From NCBI GenBank assembly GCA_951406725.2, contig OX597814.1, forward strand, positions 187,054,001 to 187,118,000: a DNA stretch of 64,000 bases, given 5' to 3'. This DNA is from Octopus vulgaris (Eukaryota). Positions 63,967 through 64,000 of the stretch are shown piece after piece. Numbering within the stretch: the stretch's first letter is position 1; each line of letters begins with the position of its first letter. Position numbers and translations under genes: made by a program. Under the pieces are notes generated by a model. The model ran no database searches, was not told where the DNA came from, and saw only the letters and a list, made by a program, of their open reading frames with translations.

Positions 63967-64000
63967 AGGTGCAGGAGTGGCTGTGTGGTAAGTAGCTTGC
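63967..64000 (+). mobile_element. SINE family A head, runs off the window
   Basis: AGGTGCAGGAGTGGCTGTGTGGTAAGTAGCTTGC. Confidence 0.85.

Overview
AT-rich eukaryotic, non-coding DNA, probably intronic or intergenic. It is most likely from an octopus genome: the recurrent tRNA-derived SINEs, the RTE tail ending in (GAT)n and the (TA)n/(CATA)n microsatellite load match my recollection of Octopus repeats, which I could not verify by search. I could not identify any host protein-coding exon. Every recognisable ORF belongs to a transposable element: Penelope-like elements (PLEs) with RT and GIY-YIG domains, a near-intact CR1-type RT, several RTE LINE pieces, a Tx1/L1 fragment, and decayed Tc1, mariner, maT and pogo/Tigger transposases. 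There are also hAT and piggyBac-like MITEs and at least four SINE families. The most notable unannotated signal is a set of type I hammerhead ribozyme (HHR) motifs. Two have complete catalytic cores (5919-5987 and 55261-55316) and at least six are degenerate. They sit in PLE pseudo-LTRs or in short non-coding foldback elements, several of them next to (TA)n tracts. Other points of interest are a twin-priming-like 5' inversion in a PLE, a 141-bp templated insertion that preserves an empty insertion site, and a hairpin-repeat array in the RTE 3' tail. All coordinates were read by eye; boundaries of decayed elements are approximate.
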